The notes beneath the pieces are model-generated. The model saw only the letters and a program-made list of their open reading frames with translations. It was not told the origin of the DNA and did not search any database. From an uncultured Chloroflexia bacterium (GTDB lineage: Bacteria; Chloroflexota; Anaerolineae; Anaerolineales; UBA4823), in contig CAWKGZ010000012.1 of the NCBI GenBank assembly GCA_963849335.1, positions 336,542-400,541 on the forward strand: a stretch of DNA of 64,000 nucleotides. Direction: 5' to 3'. The translations under genes were made by a program, and so were the position numbers. Within the stretch, counting starts at the first letter, position 1; each line of letters starts with the position of its first letter. Below, one piece after another: positions 37,076 through 47,510 of the stretch.

Positions 37076-39352
37076 TTACGGAGCTACAGTCGCGGTTGCA
37101 GTCTCGGCCCCTTCCGGCGTGTCGGTCACCAGCGGAGTGGGGGTGGCGACGACACCAACCAGGGCTTCCCAGGGATAACGCACCTGGGGTGCGCCCTGGA
37201 AGTAAATCTCCATCACCCGGCGGAAGATGGGTGCGGCGATATCAGAGCCTTCACCGCCGTTTTCCACCAGCACCACCACCGCGATGTCGGGGCGGTTCTC
37301 CCGGTTGGCGTCGGAGTAGCCGGCAAACCAGGCATGCGAGTCACCGTAGCCCAATTCAGCCGTGCCCGTCTTGCCATAGATGGGAATGCCGGTGTTGCTG
37401 ACAAAGCTGTTCAACCCGAATGCGCTGGTGCGATAAGCCGTGCCGCGCGGGTTCATCACCACGCTGTACATTGCCTGCTGGACGATCGCCAGGTTTTCCG
37501 GCGAGACGGGCAACGTGCCGCGCACGGTGGGGGTGAATACATAGGTGGGGTCGCCGCTTACCGGGAGGATGCGGTCGATCACCTGCGGCTGGTAGAGCGT
37601 GCCGCCGTTGCCCACCGCAGCAACAAAATTGACCACCTGCAGCGGTGTGACCAGCGAATCACCCTGCCCGATGGCCAGGTTGATGGCATCTATGCTATTA
37701 TATGGCTCGGGCACCGCACCAGCCTGCTCACCAATCTCAATCCCGGTAGGGCTGCCCAGCCCAAAGGCACGCGACATGTCGGCGATGGCGGTGTACATAC
37801 CGCGGTTATAGAAATCCAATCCGATGTGCCAGAACCAGGGGTTGCAGGAGCGCATCAAGCCCTGCGGTAGGGTCAGCAGGCCGCTGGGCTGCGTGCGCCC
37901 GTCCTCCAGGTAGTGATCATAGGTCCAGTCGTGCGGGGTGTGACCGGGGATCTCCTCAAAGAAATAGCCGCACTGGTACTCGCTGTCTTCGGTATACAGG
38001 CCGCTCTGCAAGGCAGTCGACATGGTGATGATCTTGAACACCGAACCCAAGGGGTATTGCCCCTGGGTGGCACGGTTGAGCAGCGGTATGGTCGGGGCAT
38101 ATAGATCGTTGATCAGGTAGCTGAAGTTGTAGTTTTGTGGCTCGAACAGGTTGGGGTTGAAGCTGGGCGAGGAAAGCATCGCCAGGATGCGGCCGGTATC
38201 TACTTCCATTACCACAATGGCACCCAGCATGCCGTCGCTGAGGGCATTGTTGCGCTGCAGACTGAGCTGCAGGTCATAATCGATGGTGGTGTAGATCGCC
38301 TGAGCGGGCTGTGGAGCGCGCTCAGCCAGGGTGGTGAGGATGCTGTCATCCGGCGATACCACATACAATGTCCCCCCGCGCTCGCCAGCCAGGTACTGCT
38401 CACCCCAATATTCCAGGCCATCGCGCCCGACGCGCTCATCAACGCGGTAACCCAGGCGGCGGTAGGTATCCACCTCCTCCGGCTGGATCAGGCTCATGTA
38501 GCCAATCAAGTGTGGGGAAATGCCCTCATTGAAGTAATAGCGAGTATAAAAAGAGGAAAGGATAACGCCGGAATACCCCGCCAGGCTGGCCTCGTACCGA
38601 TCCAGCGCGTCAACAGAGATATCCGCCACCGGCAGGTAATAGCCATACGGCCGCCAGGCGTCGATGCGCGCCCCCAGCGAGTCAGCGTTCACACCGGTAA
38701 TTGTGTGCAGCAGGTTCAGCAGCGATTCCTGATATTCGGAATCCACTGCCCCGGTATCCAGTCCAATCGCCACCGCGTCGGCCTGTGCCACCAGGGCACT
38801 GCCGTCGCTGGCGTAGATGTTGGCCCGCGAGGGAATGCTGTAATCCATGAGCAGGTGGTTGCCGCCGCGCAGCTCCGGCAAGATGAGGGTATCATCCCAC
38901 TGGACGCGCCAGCCGCCGTCTTCCAGGCTGAGGTTCATCGCTGTATCCGCCTGGATATCTCCCACCAGCACGCTGTGCAGCACCACGCGGTAGCCCACCT
39001 GGGCGCTGTGCGGATTGACCAGCGAGGACAACACCGTGTACTCCCAACTGCTCAGCGCGGCCTCATTGATAACACTCTGGTAGCGGGCGGTAAAGTCTTC
39101 CAGCGTGATGGCGTCCCGGCTGACCTGGGTTAGCAAGGCATACATGGCGCTGTAATCTTCCGCCAGCCAGCTATCCAGGTAGTTCTTCGCTGCCCCCTGG
39201 GCATCGGGCACGCTGGTGGTTTGCACCTGGGCATCCCCCAGCGTGGGGGTTGGCTGCGGCGAGGAGGTCAGCCTGGCGGTCGGTTCAGCCGGCCCTGAAC
39301 AGCCGGCAAGGATCAGCAAGACAAAAAGGGTCATCCACAAACGTTTAAACAT
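37076..39352 (-). CDS. class B penicillin-binding protein (transpeptidase) with NTF2-like N-terminal domain
   Basis: Lipobox LILAGCS. SVFK (SxxK), SCN and KTGTA motifs. 758 aa. Confidence 0.85.
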   Translation of the reverse strand: MFKRLWMTLFVLLILAGCSGPAEPTARLTSSPQPTPTLGDAQVQTTSVPDAQGAAKNYLDSWLAEDYSAMYALLTQVSRDAITLEDFTARYQSVINEAALSSWEYTVLSSLVNPHSAQVGYRVVLHSVLVGDIQADTAMNLSLEDGGWRVQWDDTLILPELRGGNHLLMDYSIPSRANIYASDGSALVAQADAVAIGLDTGAVDSEYQESLLNLLHTITGVNADSLGARIDAWRPYGYYLPVADISVDALDRYEASLAGYSGVILSSFYTRYYFNEGISPHLIGYMSLIQPEEVDTYRRLGYRVDERVGRDGLEYWGEQYLAGERGGTLYVVSPDDSILTTLAERAPQPAQAIYTTIDYDLQLSLQRNNALSDGMLGAIVVMEVDTGRILAMLSSPSFNPNLFEPQNYNFSYLINDLYAPTIPLLNRATQGQYPLGSVFKIITMSTALQSGLYTEDSEYQCGYFFEEIPGHTPHDWTYDHYLEDGRTQPSGLLTLPQGLMRSCNPWFWHIGLDFYNRGMYTAIADMSRAFGLGSPTGIEIGEQAGAVPEPYNSIDAINLAIGQGDSLVTPLQVVNFVAAVGNGGTLYQPQVIDRILPVSGDPTYVFTPTVRGTLPVSPENLAIVQQAMYSVVMNPRGTAYRTSAFGLNSFVSNTGIPIYGKTGTAELGYGDSHAWFAGYSDANRENRPDIAVVVLVENGGEGSDIAAPIFRRVMEIYFQGAPQVRYPWEALVGVVATPTPLVTDTPEGAETATATVAP

Positions 39353-39361
39353 AGGCTTCTT

Positions 39362-40018
39362 TCATCGCAGATCAAAAATCTGCTGATAAACCGGGCAGGG
39401 ATATCCCAGGGCGGACTGGCAGACATGCGGCAGGTCGGCCCGAACGGGCAGCCCCAGCTTGAACAGCTTGTTAGCCAGATGGCAGAGCGGCAGCCCGACT
39501 ACATTGGCATAGCAGCCTGTCAGCAATTCGACGGGGTGAAACCCATCATGCTGGATGGCATAGGCGCCGGCTTTATCCAGCGGGTCACCGCTGGCGATGT
39601 AAGCATCAATTTCAGCATCGGAGTAGGCGCGCATGGGCACGTCCGTGACGCACAGGTCAGTCAACAAGCGCTCGCCGGAGGCAGGCAGCAGCGCCAGCGC
39701 GGTGAAAACCTGGTGGGTGCGGCCGCGCAAGCGGAGCAGCATCTCCCGGGCTTCGGCAGCATGGCGTGGCTTGCCCAGGATGCTGCCTGCATCTACGACG
39801 GTGGTATCGGCTGCAAGCACCAGCTCTGCAGTCCAAGACCCGGCAGCCGCCCGCGCTTTGCTTTCGGCCAGGCGCAGCACGTAGGCGGCGGGCAGTTCAC
39901 CGGGGAGGGGGGTCTCATCTACATCAGCCGGTTGGATACGGTAAGGCCACCCACCCAGCGCCAGCAACTCTCTGCGCCGCGGCGAGTTGGAGGCCAACAA
40001 GATCATTTCATTAACCAT
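39362..40018 (-). CDS. maf: Maf-family nucleoside triphosphate pyrophosphatase
   Basis: LASNSPRRRELL, ADTTV and KAGAYAIQ motifs. Confidence 0.85.
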   Translation of the reverse strand: MVNEMILLASNSPRRRELLALGGWPYRIQPADVDETPLPGELPAAYVLRLAESKARAAAGSWTAELVLAADTTVVDAGSILGKPRHAAEAREMLLRLRGRTHQVFTALALLPASGERLLTDLCVTDVPMRAYSDAEIDAYIASGDPLDKAGAYAIQHDGFHPVELLTGCYANVVGLPLCHLANKLFKLGLPVRADLPHVCQSALGYPCPVYQQIFDLR

Positions 40019-40163
40019 TATCCGGCGATTCTAACACACTCTTTTGCCCCTGGTTGTTTGGCACAAGGCGTTGTAAAATTGTACAGACATCCGCCCTTTG
40101 TAGCCTGTACAATTGAATAATCCAAACCGAGGGCCGGCTACCCTGCTATCTAAGGAGAAACGC

Positions 40164-40742
40164 ATGGAAGAATTGAAACAACGTATCTTGCGCGACGGTA
40201 AGTACCTGGGGAATGGTATTCTCAAGGTGGATGGCTTCATCAACCACCAGGTGGACCCGGCTCTGATGGACGCCTGCGGCAAAGAGCTGGCGCGGCGCTT
40301 CAAAGATATCGGTGCGACCAAGGTGCTCACGGCCGAGATTTCCGGCATCGCCCCGGCGCTGACCACGGCGCTGCACCTGGGGTTGCCGGTGGTGTATGCC
40401 CGCAAGACCAAGCCGATCACCATGCCCGACCAGGTCTTTCTGACCCTGAGCCCATCCCACACCAAGGGGCGGATGGTCGAGCTGATCGTCTCGCCTGAAT
40501 ATCTCGCCAAGGGTGAGCGCGTGCTGATCATTGACGATTTCCTGGCAAGCGGCGCTACAATCCTGGGGCTGGCGCGCCTGGCGCAAACTGCTGGCTCGGC
40601 ACTGGTAGGGATCGGCGCCCTGGTGGAAAAATCCTTTGAGGGCGGGCGGGAGGCACTGGCCGCGCTGCATGTCCCCATCGAAAGCCTGGCCTGCATCATG
40701 TCAATGGAAGGCGATCAGATCATCTTCTGCCCAGATGATTGA
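40164..40742 (+). CDS. xpt: xanthine phosphoribosyltransferase
   Basis: [32 protein letters not shown]-terminus and [17 protein letters not shown] motif. Start at the ATG at 40164 behind a TAAGGAG RBS. Confidence 0.85.
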   Translation: MEELKQRILRDGKYLGNGILKVDGFINHQVDPALMDACGKELARRFKDIGATKVLTAEISGIAPALTTALHLGLPVVYARKTKPITMPDQVFLTLSPSHTKGRMVELIVSPEYLAKGERVLIIDDFLASGATILGLARLAQTAGSALVGIGALVEKSFEGGREALAALHVPIESLACIMSMEGDQIIFCPDD

Positions 40743-42291
40743 TACTATCGCCGTTCTCGACTTCGGTTCGCAGTACGCCCAGCTGATCGCCCGGCGGGTG
40801 CGGGAGGCTCAGGTGTACTGCGAGCTGTTCCCTTGGAACGCCCCCGCTGAAACGGTGCTGGCGCGGCAGCCGCGCGGCTTCATTCTATCCGGCGGGCCGG
40901 CTTCGGTGTATGAACCGGGCGCACCTACCATTCCCGCCTATGTACTGGAAAGCGGGCTGCCTGTGCTTGGCATCTGCTACGGCATGCAAGCTATCACCCA
41001 CGCCCTGGGAGGCCAGGTAGCCGCAGCCGCGGCGCGGGAATATGGCCGCGCCGAGATCGAGACCCTCCTGCCCAACCCACTGCTGCCGCCTGGGCGCCAG
41101 CCGGTATGGATGTCCCACGGCGACCGCCTGGAGCAGCTCCCCGCCGGCTTTATCAGCCTGGCACGAAGTGACAATGCGCCCATCGCCGCGATGGGCAGCG
41201 CCGAGCGCAGGATTTACGGCGTGCAGTTCCACCCGGAGGTACGCCACACGCCGGGCGGGGTAGACCTGCTGCGGCGCTTTGTTGTCGATATCTGTGCAGC
41301 CCGCCCTGATTGGACCCCCGACTCGATCATTAGCGAGAGCATACAGCGCATCCGCAGCCAGGTAGGCACAGAACGGGTGCTGTCGGCGATCAGCGGCGGC
41401 GTGGATTCCAGCGTTGCCACTGCCCTGGTGCACCGCGCCATCGGCGACCAGCTGGTCGCAGTGTTTGTGGATAACGGCCTGCTGCGCCAGGGTGAGGCCG
41501 CGCAGGTGATGCAGAGCTTCCAGCATACATTAGGCGCCGAGCTGGTGGCAGTGGATGCAGTGGCTGATTTCATGTCCGCCCTGCGTGGGATCAGCGAGCC
41601 AGAGCAGAAACGGCGCATCATCGGCGAGCGCTTCATCCGCATCTTCGAAGCCCAGGCGCACCAGCTTGGCTTACCGCGTTTCCTGGTGCAGGGCACCATC
41701 TACCCAGACGTGGTTGAATCGAGCGCCCCAGACCGGGCGCAGGCAGCGCGCATCAAAACCCACCACAACGTGGGCGGGCTGCCGGAAGATATGCACTTCG
41801 AGCTGGTCGAGCCGCTGCGTTACCTGTTCAAAGACGAGGTGCGGGCAGTAGGCGAGGCGCTGGGGCTGCCGCACGAGCTGGTCTGGCGCCAACCCTTCCC
41901 AGGCCCTGGCCTGGCGGTGCGCTGCCTGGGTGAGATCACCCGCGAACGGCTGGAGCGCCTGCGCCAGGCGGACGCTATCTTCACCAGCGAGCTGGCGGAG
42001 GCAGGTCTGCTGCGCATGGATGCAGAAAACAATGATACCGGCACTGCCCAGGCGTTTGCCGTGCTGCTGCCGGTGCGCTCGGTGGGCGTGATGGGCGACA
42101 GCCGCACCTACCAGGAGACCGTAGCACTGCGCGCGGTGACCACCGAGGATTTTATGACCGCCAACTGGGCACGACTTCCCTATGAGCTGCTGGCTCGCGT
42201 CGCCAACCGCATCGTCAACCAGGTAGCGGGTGTCAACCGGGTGGTATACGATATCACCAGCAAACCGCCAGCCACGATCGAATGGGAATAA
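40735..42291 (+). CDS. guaA: GMP synthase (glutamine-hydrolysing)
   Basis: [25 protein letters not shown] and the ...PPATIEWE C-terminus. The ATG at 40735 overlaps the xpt stop (ATGATTGA). Confidence 0.95.
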   Translation: MIDTIAVLDFGSQYAQLIARRVREAQVYCELFPWNAPAETVLARQPRGFILSGGPASVYEPGAPTIPAYVLESGLPVLGICYGMQAITHALGGQVAAAAAREYGRAEIETLLPNPLLPPGRQPVWMSHGDRLEQLPAGFISLARSDNAPIAAMGSAERRIYGVQFHPEVRHTPGGVDLLRRFVVDICAARPDWTPDSIISESIQRIRSQVGTERVLSAISGGVDSSVATALVHRAIGDQLVAVFVDNGLLRQGEAAQVMQSFQHTLGAELVAVDAVADFMSALRGISEPEQKRRIIGERFIRIFEAQAHQLGLPRFLVQGTIYPDVVESSAPDRAQAARIKTHHNVGGLPEDMHFELVEPLRYLFKDEVRAVGEALGLPHELVWRQPFPGPGLAVRCLGEITRERLERLRQADAIFTSELAEAGLLRMDAENNDTGTAQAFAVLLPVRSVGVMGDSRTYQETVALRAVTTEDFMTANWARLPYELLARVANRIVNQVAGVNRVVYDITSKPPATIEWE

Positions 42292-42472
42292 CGGTTAATC
42301 ATTCAATAAATTCCTAATCTGAGTGTATAATTAGGCAAGTATTCTTGAAAGACAAACTACCGGATCCAATTGCCGCACGATTAGCAACACGATTTAGGTG
42401 CATGGGCAATCTGGGCACCCTGCTGAGCGGCAAGAATATCACATTCATATCTTTTTAATCGAGGAGGCAATA

Positions 42473-42877
42473 ATGACAACTTTAATCGCTGTAGAAGGAA
42501 TTGGCCCGAAGTATGCAGCCAAGCTCAAAGAAGTCGGTATCAGCACAGCGGAAGCATTGCTGGAGCAAGGCACCAACCCTAAAGGCCGCAAAGCCATCGC
42601 CGAGAAAAGCGGCATTGGTGACGGTCTGATCCTGCAGTGGGTCAACCATGTCGACCTGTTCCGCATCAAAGGTGTTGGCCCTGAGTATGCCGATCTGCTG
42701 GAAGCTGCCGGCGTCGATACCATCCCCGAGCTGGCACAGCGCCGGGCCGACCACCTGTTTGAGAAGATGGTCGCGATCAACCTGGACAAGAAATTGGTGC
42801 GCAAGATGCCCATCCAATCCCAGGTGGCTAACTGGATCGAGCAAGCTAAGACCCTGCCGCGACTGATCAATTACTAA
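42473..42877 (+). CDS. DUF4332-like helix-hairpin-helix protein
   Basis: Two repeats, IEGIGPKYAAKLKEVGI and IKGVGPEYADLLEAAGV. Start at 42473 behind a GAGGAGG RBS. Confidence 0.6.
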   Translation: MTTLIAVEGIGPKYAAKLKEVGISTAEALLEQGTNPKGRKAIAEKSGIGDGLILQWVNHVDLFRIKGVGPEYADLLEAAGVDTIPELAQRRADHLFEKMVAINLDKKLVRKMPIQSQVANWIEQAKTLPRLINY

Positions 42878-42891
42878 GCAGGCTGGTAATC

Positions 42892-42928
42892 AAAAACCGC
42901 TTCCTCATCCCGCGAGGAAGCGGTTTTT
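42892..42928 (+). terminator. intrinsic terminator
   Basis: AAAAACCGCTTCCTC - atcccgc - GAGGAAGCGGTTTTT, 15 nt after the stop codon. Confidence 0.8.
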
Positions 42929-42943
42929 GATTCCAAAACATAA

Positions 42944-43013
42944 CCACCGCAGAGATCGCTAAGAACGCGGAGAGCTTTAATAAACTCTGCGAACTCTGCG
43001 TTCTCCGCGGTGG
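42944..43013. repeat. hairpin-forming repeat built from CGCAGAG / CGCGGAGA units (copy 1)
   Basis: CCACCGCAGAG...GAACGCGGAGAG - loop - CTCTGCGAACTCTGCGTTCTCCGCGGTGG. A related element with the same architecture lies at 45902-45975. Confidence 0.5.
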
Positions 43014-43021
43014 AGATCTAT

Positions 43022-44785
43022 TTAACTTATCGCCTCGAGCTGCTCGACGATGCGCTTGATCACATCAAAGCCGCCCTGCCAGAAGGCCGCGCTGCGCATA
43101 TCGATGCCCGCTTCGGTCAGGACGCGCTCGGGAGCCTTGGAACCGCCTGCTGCCAGGATCTTCAGGTAGCGCGGCTTGAAGGCTTCGCCCTCCAGCTTGA
43201 ACTGCTGGTAGAGTGAGAGCACCAGCAGCTGCCCAAAGGCATAGGCGTAAACATAGAAGGGGGTTCCATAAATATGGGGGATGGAAACCCATTCCCAGCG
43301 GAACTCGTCCGCCACTTCCACCGCCTCGCCGAACTGGCTACGCAGGTTCTGCATGTAAGCCTCTGCCAGCTCATCGACCGCTGCGCCGTTCAGCACCAGC
43401 TCATGTGCCTTGCGCTCGAAGATGGCAAACTGGGATTGGCGCATGATGGTGGCATACGCATCGTCCACCTGTTGGAAGAGCATGGCGCGGCGCACAGACT
43501 GGTCAGGCTCGTTTTCCAGCAGGCGATCCAACAGCAGCATCTCGCTGAAGGTTGAGGCAGTTTCAGCCAAGGGCAGACAGGCGTGCTGGGTGAACAGGCT
43601 GTGCTCTGAGGCAAGCATGGAGTGAATGGCATGGCCCAGCTCGTGCGCCAGGGTTCCCACGTCATCCGGGCGGCCCTGGTAGTTGACCAGCACCCACGGG
43701 GTGATGTCGGGGGCGACCGTGGCACAGAAGGCGCCGCTCATCTTGCCCTTGCGCACCTGGCTGTCGAGATGATCCTGATCGAAAACCCGCTGCGCCATTT
43801 CAGCCACCGGGGGATAGAAGCCTCTGAATGTATCCAGCACCATCTCGGTGCCTTCATCAAATTTATAACGCTTTTCGGTGTCGGCTACCGGGGCATAGAT
43901 ATCATAGCGGCGCAGCTTCGGCAGGCCCAACTGCTTTGCCTTCAACTGGAAGAAGCGCTGGAACAGGCCGGTATTCTGCTCGGCCACGTCCAGCAGCGTG
44001 TTCACAACCTCATCAGGGATATCGTTGACCAGGTTGCGCACCGAGATCGGGGATGCGAAGTGGCGCAGGTCAATGTTCTCATTGTGCCAGTCGCGCACCA
44101 GTGCCTGGTACATCTGCCCGAGCAGGTTTCCATCCTCACCATACACCCGGTACAGCTCACGATAGGCAGCCGCGCGCAGGTCGGGATTGGATTCCCTTAC
44201 GTAAACCATCAGCTCGCCGCGGGTCAGCTCCTTCACCTCACCATCTACTTCCACCTTGAACACATATCGGTTGGTGATGGTGTTGTACAGGTTTTGGATT
44301 GCCTTGACGCCGGTGACATCCTTGATGTTGATGATCTTCTCTTCTGGCTCGCTGAGCGTGTGCGGGCGGAACTGGCGCATCGTTTCCAGCCAGTAGCGGT
44401 AATCGCCAGTACTGGCGATCAGGCGCTCGACGGTCGCCTCATCCAGCGCCTTCCACCACAGGCTGAAGAACAGGGTGCGGTTTTGCAGCCCGGCCATGCG
44501 GTCTTCGACGGTGCCCAGGAAGGTCTGCACCGCCTGGTCCTGGGTGTTGGCAGAAAAAGCCAGCTGAGCATAACTCTCAATGCGCAAGGCCAGGTGATTG
44601 ATCGCTTCCAGCTTGCGGATAACATCCAAAAATGCCTCAGCGGGTATCTCGGCTGTCAGGGTCGGGCGCAAGGCCTCGAAGGTGCTCACCAGGGCGTCCA
44701 GCTCACTGAAGGCGGATTTCATCTCCGGGCCGTCATGGGAGGGGAACAGGTCGTTCAGGCTCCAGGGGGATTGCGGGTAAGACAT
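43022..44785 (-). CDS. pepF: oligoendopeptidase F family (M3B) metallopeptidase
   Basis: HELGHAIH zinc motif. 587 aa, colinear with PepF-type enzymes. Confidence 0.85.
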   Translation of the reverse strand: MSYPQSPWSLNDLFPSHDGPEMKSAFSELDALVSTFEALRPTLTAEIPAEAFLDVIRKLEAINHLALRIESYAQLAFSANTQDQAVQTFLGTVEDRMAGLQNRTLFFSLWWKALDEATVERLIASTGDYRYWLETMRQFRPHTLSEPEEKIINIKDVTGVKAIQNLYNTITNRYVFKVEVDGEVKELTRGELMVYVRESNPDLRAAAYRELYRVYGEDGNLLGQMYQALVRDWHNENIDLRHFASPISVRNLVNDIPDEVVNTLLDVAEQNTGLFQRFFQLKAKQLGLPKLRRYDIYAPVADTEKRYKFDEGTEMVLDTFRGFYPPVAEMAQRVFDQDHLDSQVRKGKMSGAFCATVAPDITPWVLVNYQGRPDDVGTLAHELGHAIHSMLASEHSLFTQHACLPLAETASTFSEMLLLDRLLENEPDQSVRRAMLFQQVDDAYATIMRQSQFAIFERKAHELVLNGAAVDELAEAYMQNLRSQFGEAVEVADEFRWEWVSIPHIYGTPFYVYAYAFGQLLVLSLYQQFKLEGEAFKPRYLKILAAGGSKAPERVLTEAGIDMRSAAFWQGGFDVIKRIVEQLEAIS

Positions 44786-44814
44786 GGGTACGTGCTCCTT
44801 TGATTTGAAGAGGG

Positions 44815-45880
44815 TTAGATGTTAAAGCGGATATGCACGATCTCACCATCGTGCACAATGTATTCTTTACCTTCCAGGCGCAGGCGGCCCTTGGCTTTGG
44901 CCTCGTTCAGCCCGCCCAGCGCAATCAGCTCATCGTAAGCCACCACCTCGGCGCGGATGAAGCCCTTCTGCAGGTCAGAATGGATCTCACCGGCGGCTTC
45001 GAAGGCGCTGGCGCCGCGGCGCACTGTCCAGGCGCGCACCTCGTCCGGACCGACGGTGAAGAAGGACTGCAAACCAAGCAGCTCGTAGGAGCTGCGGATG
45101 ACCCGGCTGAGGCCCAGCTCGTGGATGCCGTACTCTTCCATGAACACCTGGGCGTCCTCCGGAGCAAGCTGCGCCAGCTCCATCTCCAGCTTGCCCTGCA
45201 GCGGCACCAGCGCAGTGTGCGGGCGGGGATCCTCGACCGGCGGCAGGGTCTGCCCCTCGCCCAGGTTGAGCAGCGTCAGTAGCGGCTTGCGGGTGAGAAA
45301 GCCAAACCCAGAGAGCGATTTTTCATCCTCGGCGCTGATCTCGACCTCGCGCAGCGGCTGCTCGCGGCCCAATACTTCCTTGAAGCGCTCAAATAGAACG
45401 ATCTCGCGGTCGATGACCGCTTTCTCGCTGTCCTCCGCCCTTCTTGCGCTCATCCGCCAGGCGCTCCAGCTTGCGCTCTACGGCGATCATATCGTTGATC
45501 AGCAGCTCGGCGTCCATGGTGGCGATATCACGCACTGGGTTGACGCTGCCGCCGGGATGAGGCACGCTGGCGTCCTCAAAACAGCGCACGACGTGCAAAA
45601 AGCCTTCCATCTGGGTGAGCACGTTGAGCAGCTGACCCGAGATAGCCGCCTGCCCGCCCTCCAGCCCGGCGATGTCGGCGTAGGTCACCTTGGCGTAGAT
45701 GGTCTTCTTGGGCTTGAACATCCCCGACAGGCGGTCGATGCGACTGTCCGGAACATCCACCACACCGGTATGCACGTCAAAACGCCCGCCGCTGGTGGTC
45801 AGCGGCTGGTCGCCGCGGGTCAGGGCATTGAAGATGGTGGTCTTACCACTTTGGGGCAGTCCAATAATTCCAAGTCTCAT
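44815..45880 (-). pseudogene. ychF: ribosome-binding ATPase YchF, apparent 1-nt frameshift near 45432-45442
   Basis: The N-terminal fragment has GIIGLPQSGKTTIFNALT. The C-terminal fragment has GFIRAEVVAYDEL...GKEYIVHDGEIVHIRFNI. The junction reads LADERKKG(G) / AEDSEKAVIDRE in adjacent frames. Confidence 0.9.
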
Positions 45881-45901
45881 AGCGTCACTCGCAGATAAAT
45901 A

Positions 45902-45975
45902 CCACCACAGAGAACACAGAGTTCACGGAGAGATCACTAATCACTATCTCTGTGCTCTCCGTGTACTCTGTGGTG
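45902..45975. repeat. hairpin-forming repeat built from CACAGAG / CACGGAGAG units (copy 2), followed by T-runs
   Basis: CCACCACAGAGAACACAGAGTTCACGGAGAGA - loop - TCTCTGTGCTCTCCGTGTACTCTGTGGTG, then CGTTTTTTGGGTTTTTT. Confidence 0.5.
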
Positions 45976-46074
45976 CGTTTTTTGGGTTTTTTCAGGTATC
46001 TGTGATTATACCCGTTCTTTTCCTCCCCTCTAAACTTTCAGCCCGGTTTCGGGTATAATTTGTGCCACCAGCCA

Positions 46075-46156
46075 GCCGGAGTGGCGGAATTGGCAGACGC
46101 GCACGACTCAAAATCGTGTTCCGAAAGGAATGTGGGTTCGATTCCCACCTTCGGCA
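46075..46156 (+). tRNA. tRNA-Leu (anticodon CAA), type II with long variable arm
   Basis: Acceptor GCCGGAG/CTTCGGC, anticodon loop CTCAAAA, variable arm GTTCCGAAAGGAATG, T loop GGTTCGATTCC. TATAAT at 46054-46059. Confidence 0.85.
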
Positions 46157-46237
46157 CCTATCAATACGAAGAGGGTGAGGCAGGGCTGCAGCCCTGCCTC
46201 ACCCTCTTTTTCGGAAATCCAGCTCTGGAGGCCAGCT

Positions 46238-47497
46238 ATGCCAGCTATGCACGATATCCTCGGCCTGATCATGGGCGGCGGGCGGGGGTCGCGGCTTTAC
46301 CCGCTCACCCGCGACCGCTCCAAACCCGCCGTGCCCATCGCCGGAAAGTACCGCCTGATCGACATCCCCATCAGCAACTGCATCAACTCCGGCATCCACC
46401 GCGTCGCCATCCTGACCCAGTTCAACTCGGTCTCGCTGCACCGCCACATCTCGCGCACTTATGTATTCGACTCGTTCCACCGCGGCTGGGTGCAGATCCT
46501 GGCGGCTGAGCAGACCCTCACCAGCGAGAAGTGGTACCAGGGCACCGCCGATGCGGTGCGCAAGCAGCTGCTGGAGATCCAAACTACCGGTGCGGATTAC
46601 GTACTGATCCTGGCTGGCGATCACCTGTACCGCATGGATTACGCCCCCATGGCGGAGTTCCATTGGGAGAACGATGCCGATATCACCGTCGCCGTCCAGC
46701 CGGTGCCGGCGGATCAGGCTTACCGCTTCGGCATTCTCAAGCGCACCGCCGATGGGCGCATCACTGACTTCGCCGAAAAACCGAAAGAGCCGGCGCTGCT
46801 GGCGCAACTGGTCAGCCGCGACGACCCACACCGCCCCTACCTGGGCTCGATGGGGCTGTATTTGTTCAAAACCAAAGTGCTGGTGGACTTGCTGGCAAGC
46901 TCCAGCGATGACGATTTCGGCGGCGAGGTGATCCCCAAAGCCATCCAGACCCACAACGTGTTCGGCTTTGATTTCAGCGGGTATTGGGAAGATATCGGCA
47001 CCATCCGCTCATTTTATGACACCAATCTCAGCCTGACGCTGCCCGACTCGCCCTTTGATTTTCATGATCCGCAGCGCCCGATCTATACCCGCGCCCGCTT
47101 CCTGCCCGGCTCGATCGTGGACGGGGCTACGCTGCACAATGTGCTGATGAGCGAGGGTTGCCGCATCTACCGGGCTGAAATCCGCCACTCCATTGTGGGG
47201 CTGCGCGGCTACATCTGCAACGGGGTGCGCATGAGCGACACCATTATGATGGGAGCGGACTACTACGATCCACCAGACACACCTCCACCCGGTGGTCTGC
47301 CGCTGGGTATTGGACCGGACTGCCAGATCCAGGGCGCCATCCTGGACAAGAACGTGCGCATCGGCGCGGGGGTGGTCATTCGCCCCTTCCCGCTCGGCGC
47401 AGAGTTGGACAGCGAAGATTGGGTGGTGCGCGATGGGATCGTGGTCATCCCCAAGAATACGCTGCTGCCACCAGGGACGGTCATCGCCCCGGAGTAA
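46238..47497 (+). CDS. glgC: glucose-1-phosphate adenylyltransferase
   Basis: GGGRGSRLYPLT, KPAVPIAGKYRLIDIPISNCINSG, and a C-terminal beta-helix. Start at the ATG at 46238 behind a GGAGG RBS. Confidence 0.9.
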   Translation: MPAMHDILGLIMGGGRGSRLYPLTRDRSKPAVPIAGKYRLIDIPISNCINSGIHRVAILTQFNSVSLHRHISRTYVFDSFHRGWVQILAAEQTLTSEKWYQGTADAVRKQLLEIQTTGADYVLILAGDHLYRMDYAPMAEFHWENDADITVAVQPVPADQAYRFGILKRTADGRITDFAEKPKEPALLAQLVSRDDPHRPYLGSMGLYLFKTKVLVDLLASSSDDDFGGEVIPKAIQTHNVFGFDFSGYWEDIGTIRSFYDTNLSLTLPDSPFDFHDPQRPIYTRARFLPGSIVDGATLHNVLMSEGCRIYRAEIRHSIVGLRGYICNGVRMSDTIMMGADYYDPPDTPPPGGLPLGIGPDCQIQGAILDKNVRIGAGVVIRPFPLGAELDSEDWVVRDGIVVIPKNTLLPPGTVIAPE

Positions 47498-47510
47498 ACC
47501 CCCGTTTTAC

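Noticed and set aside
40020-40163. Possible purine riboswitch upstream of xpt
   Set aside because: The conserved purine-riboswitch core sequences are absent on visual inspection. Only a simple 10-bp dyad is present.
43622-44803. 393-aa plus-strand ORF
   Set aside because: Antisense to pepF (HELGH metallopeptidase). Shadow ORF.
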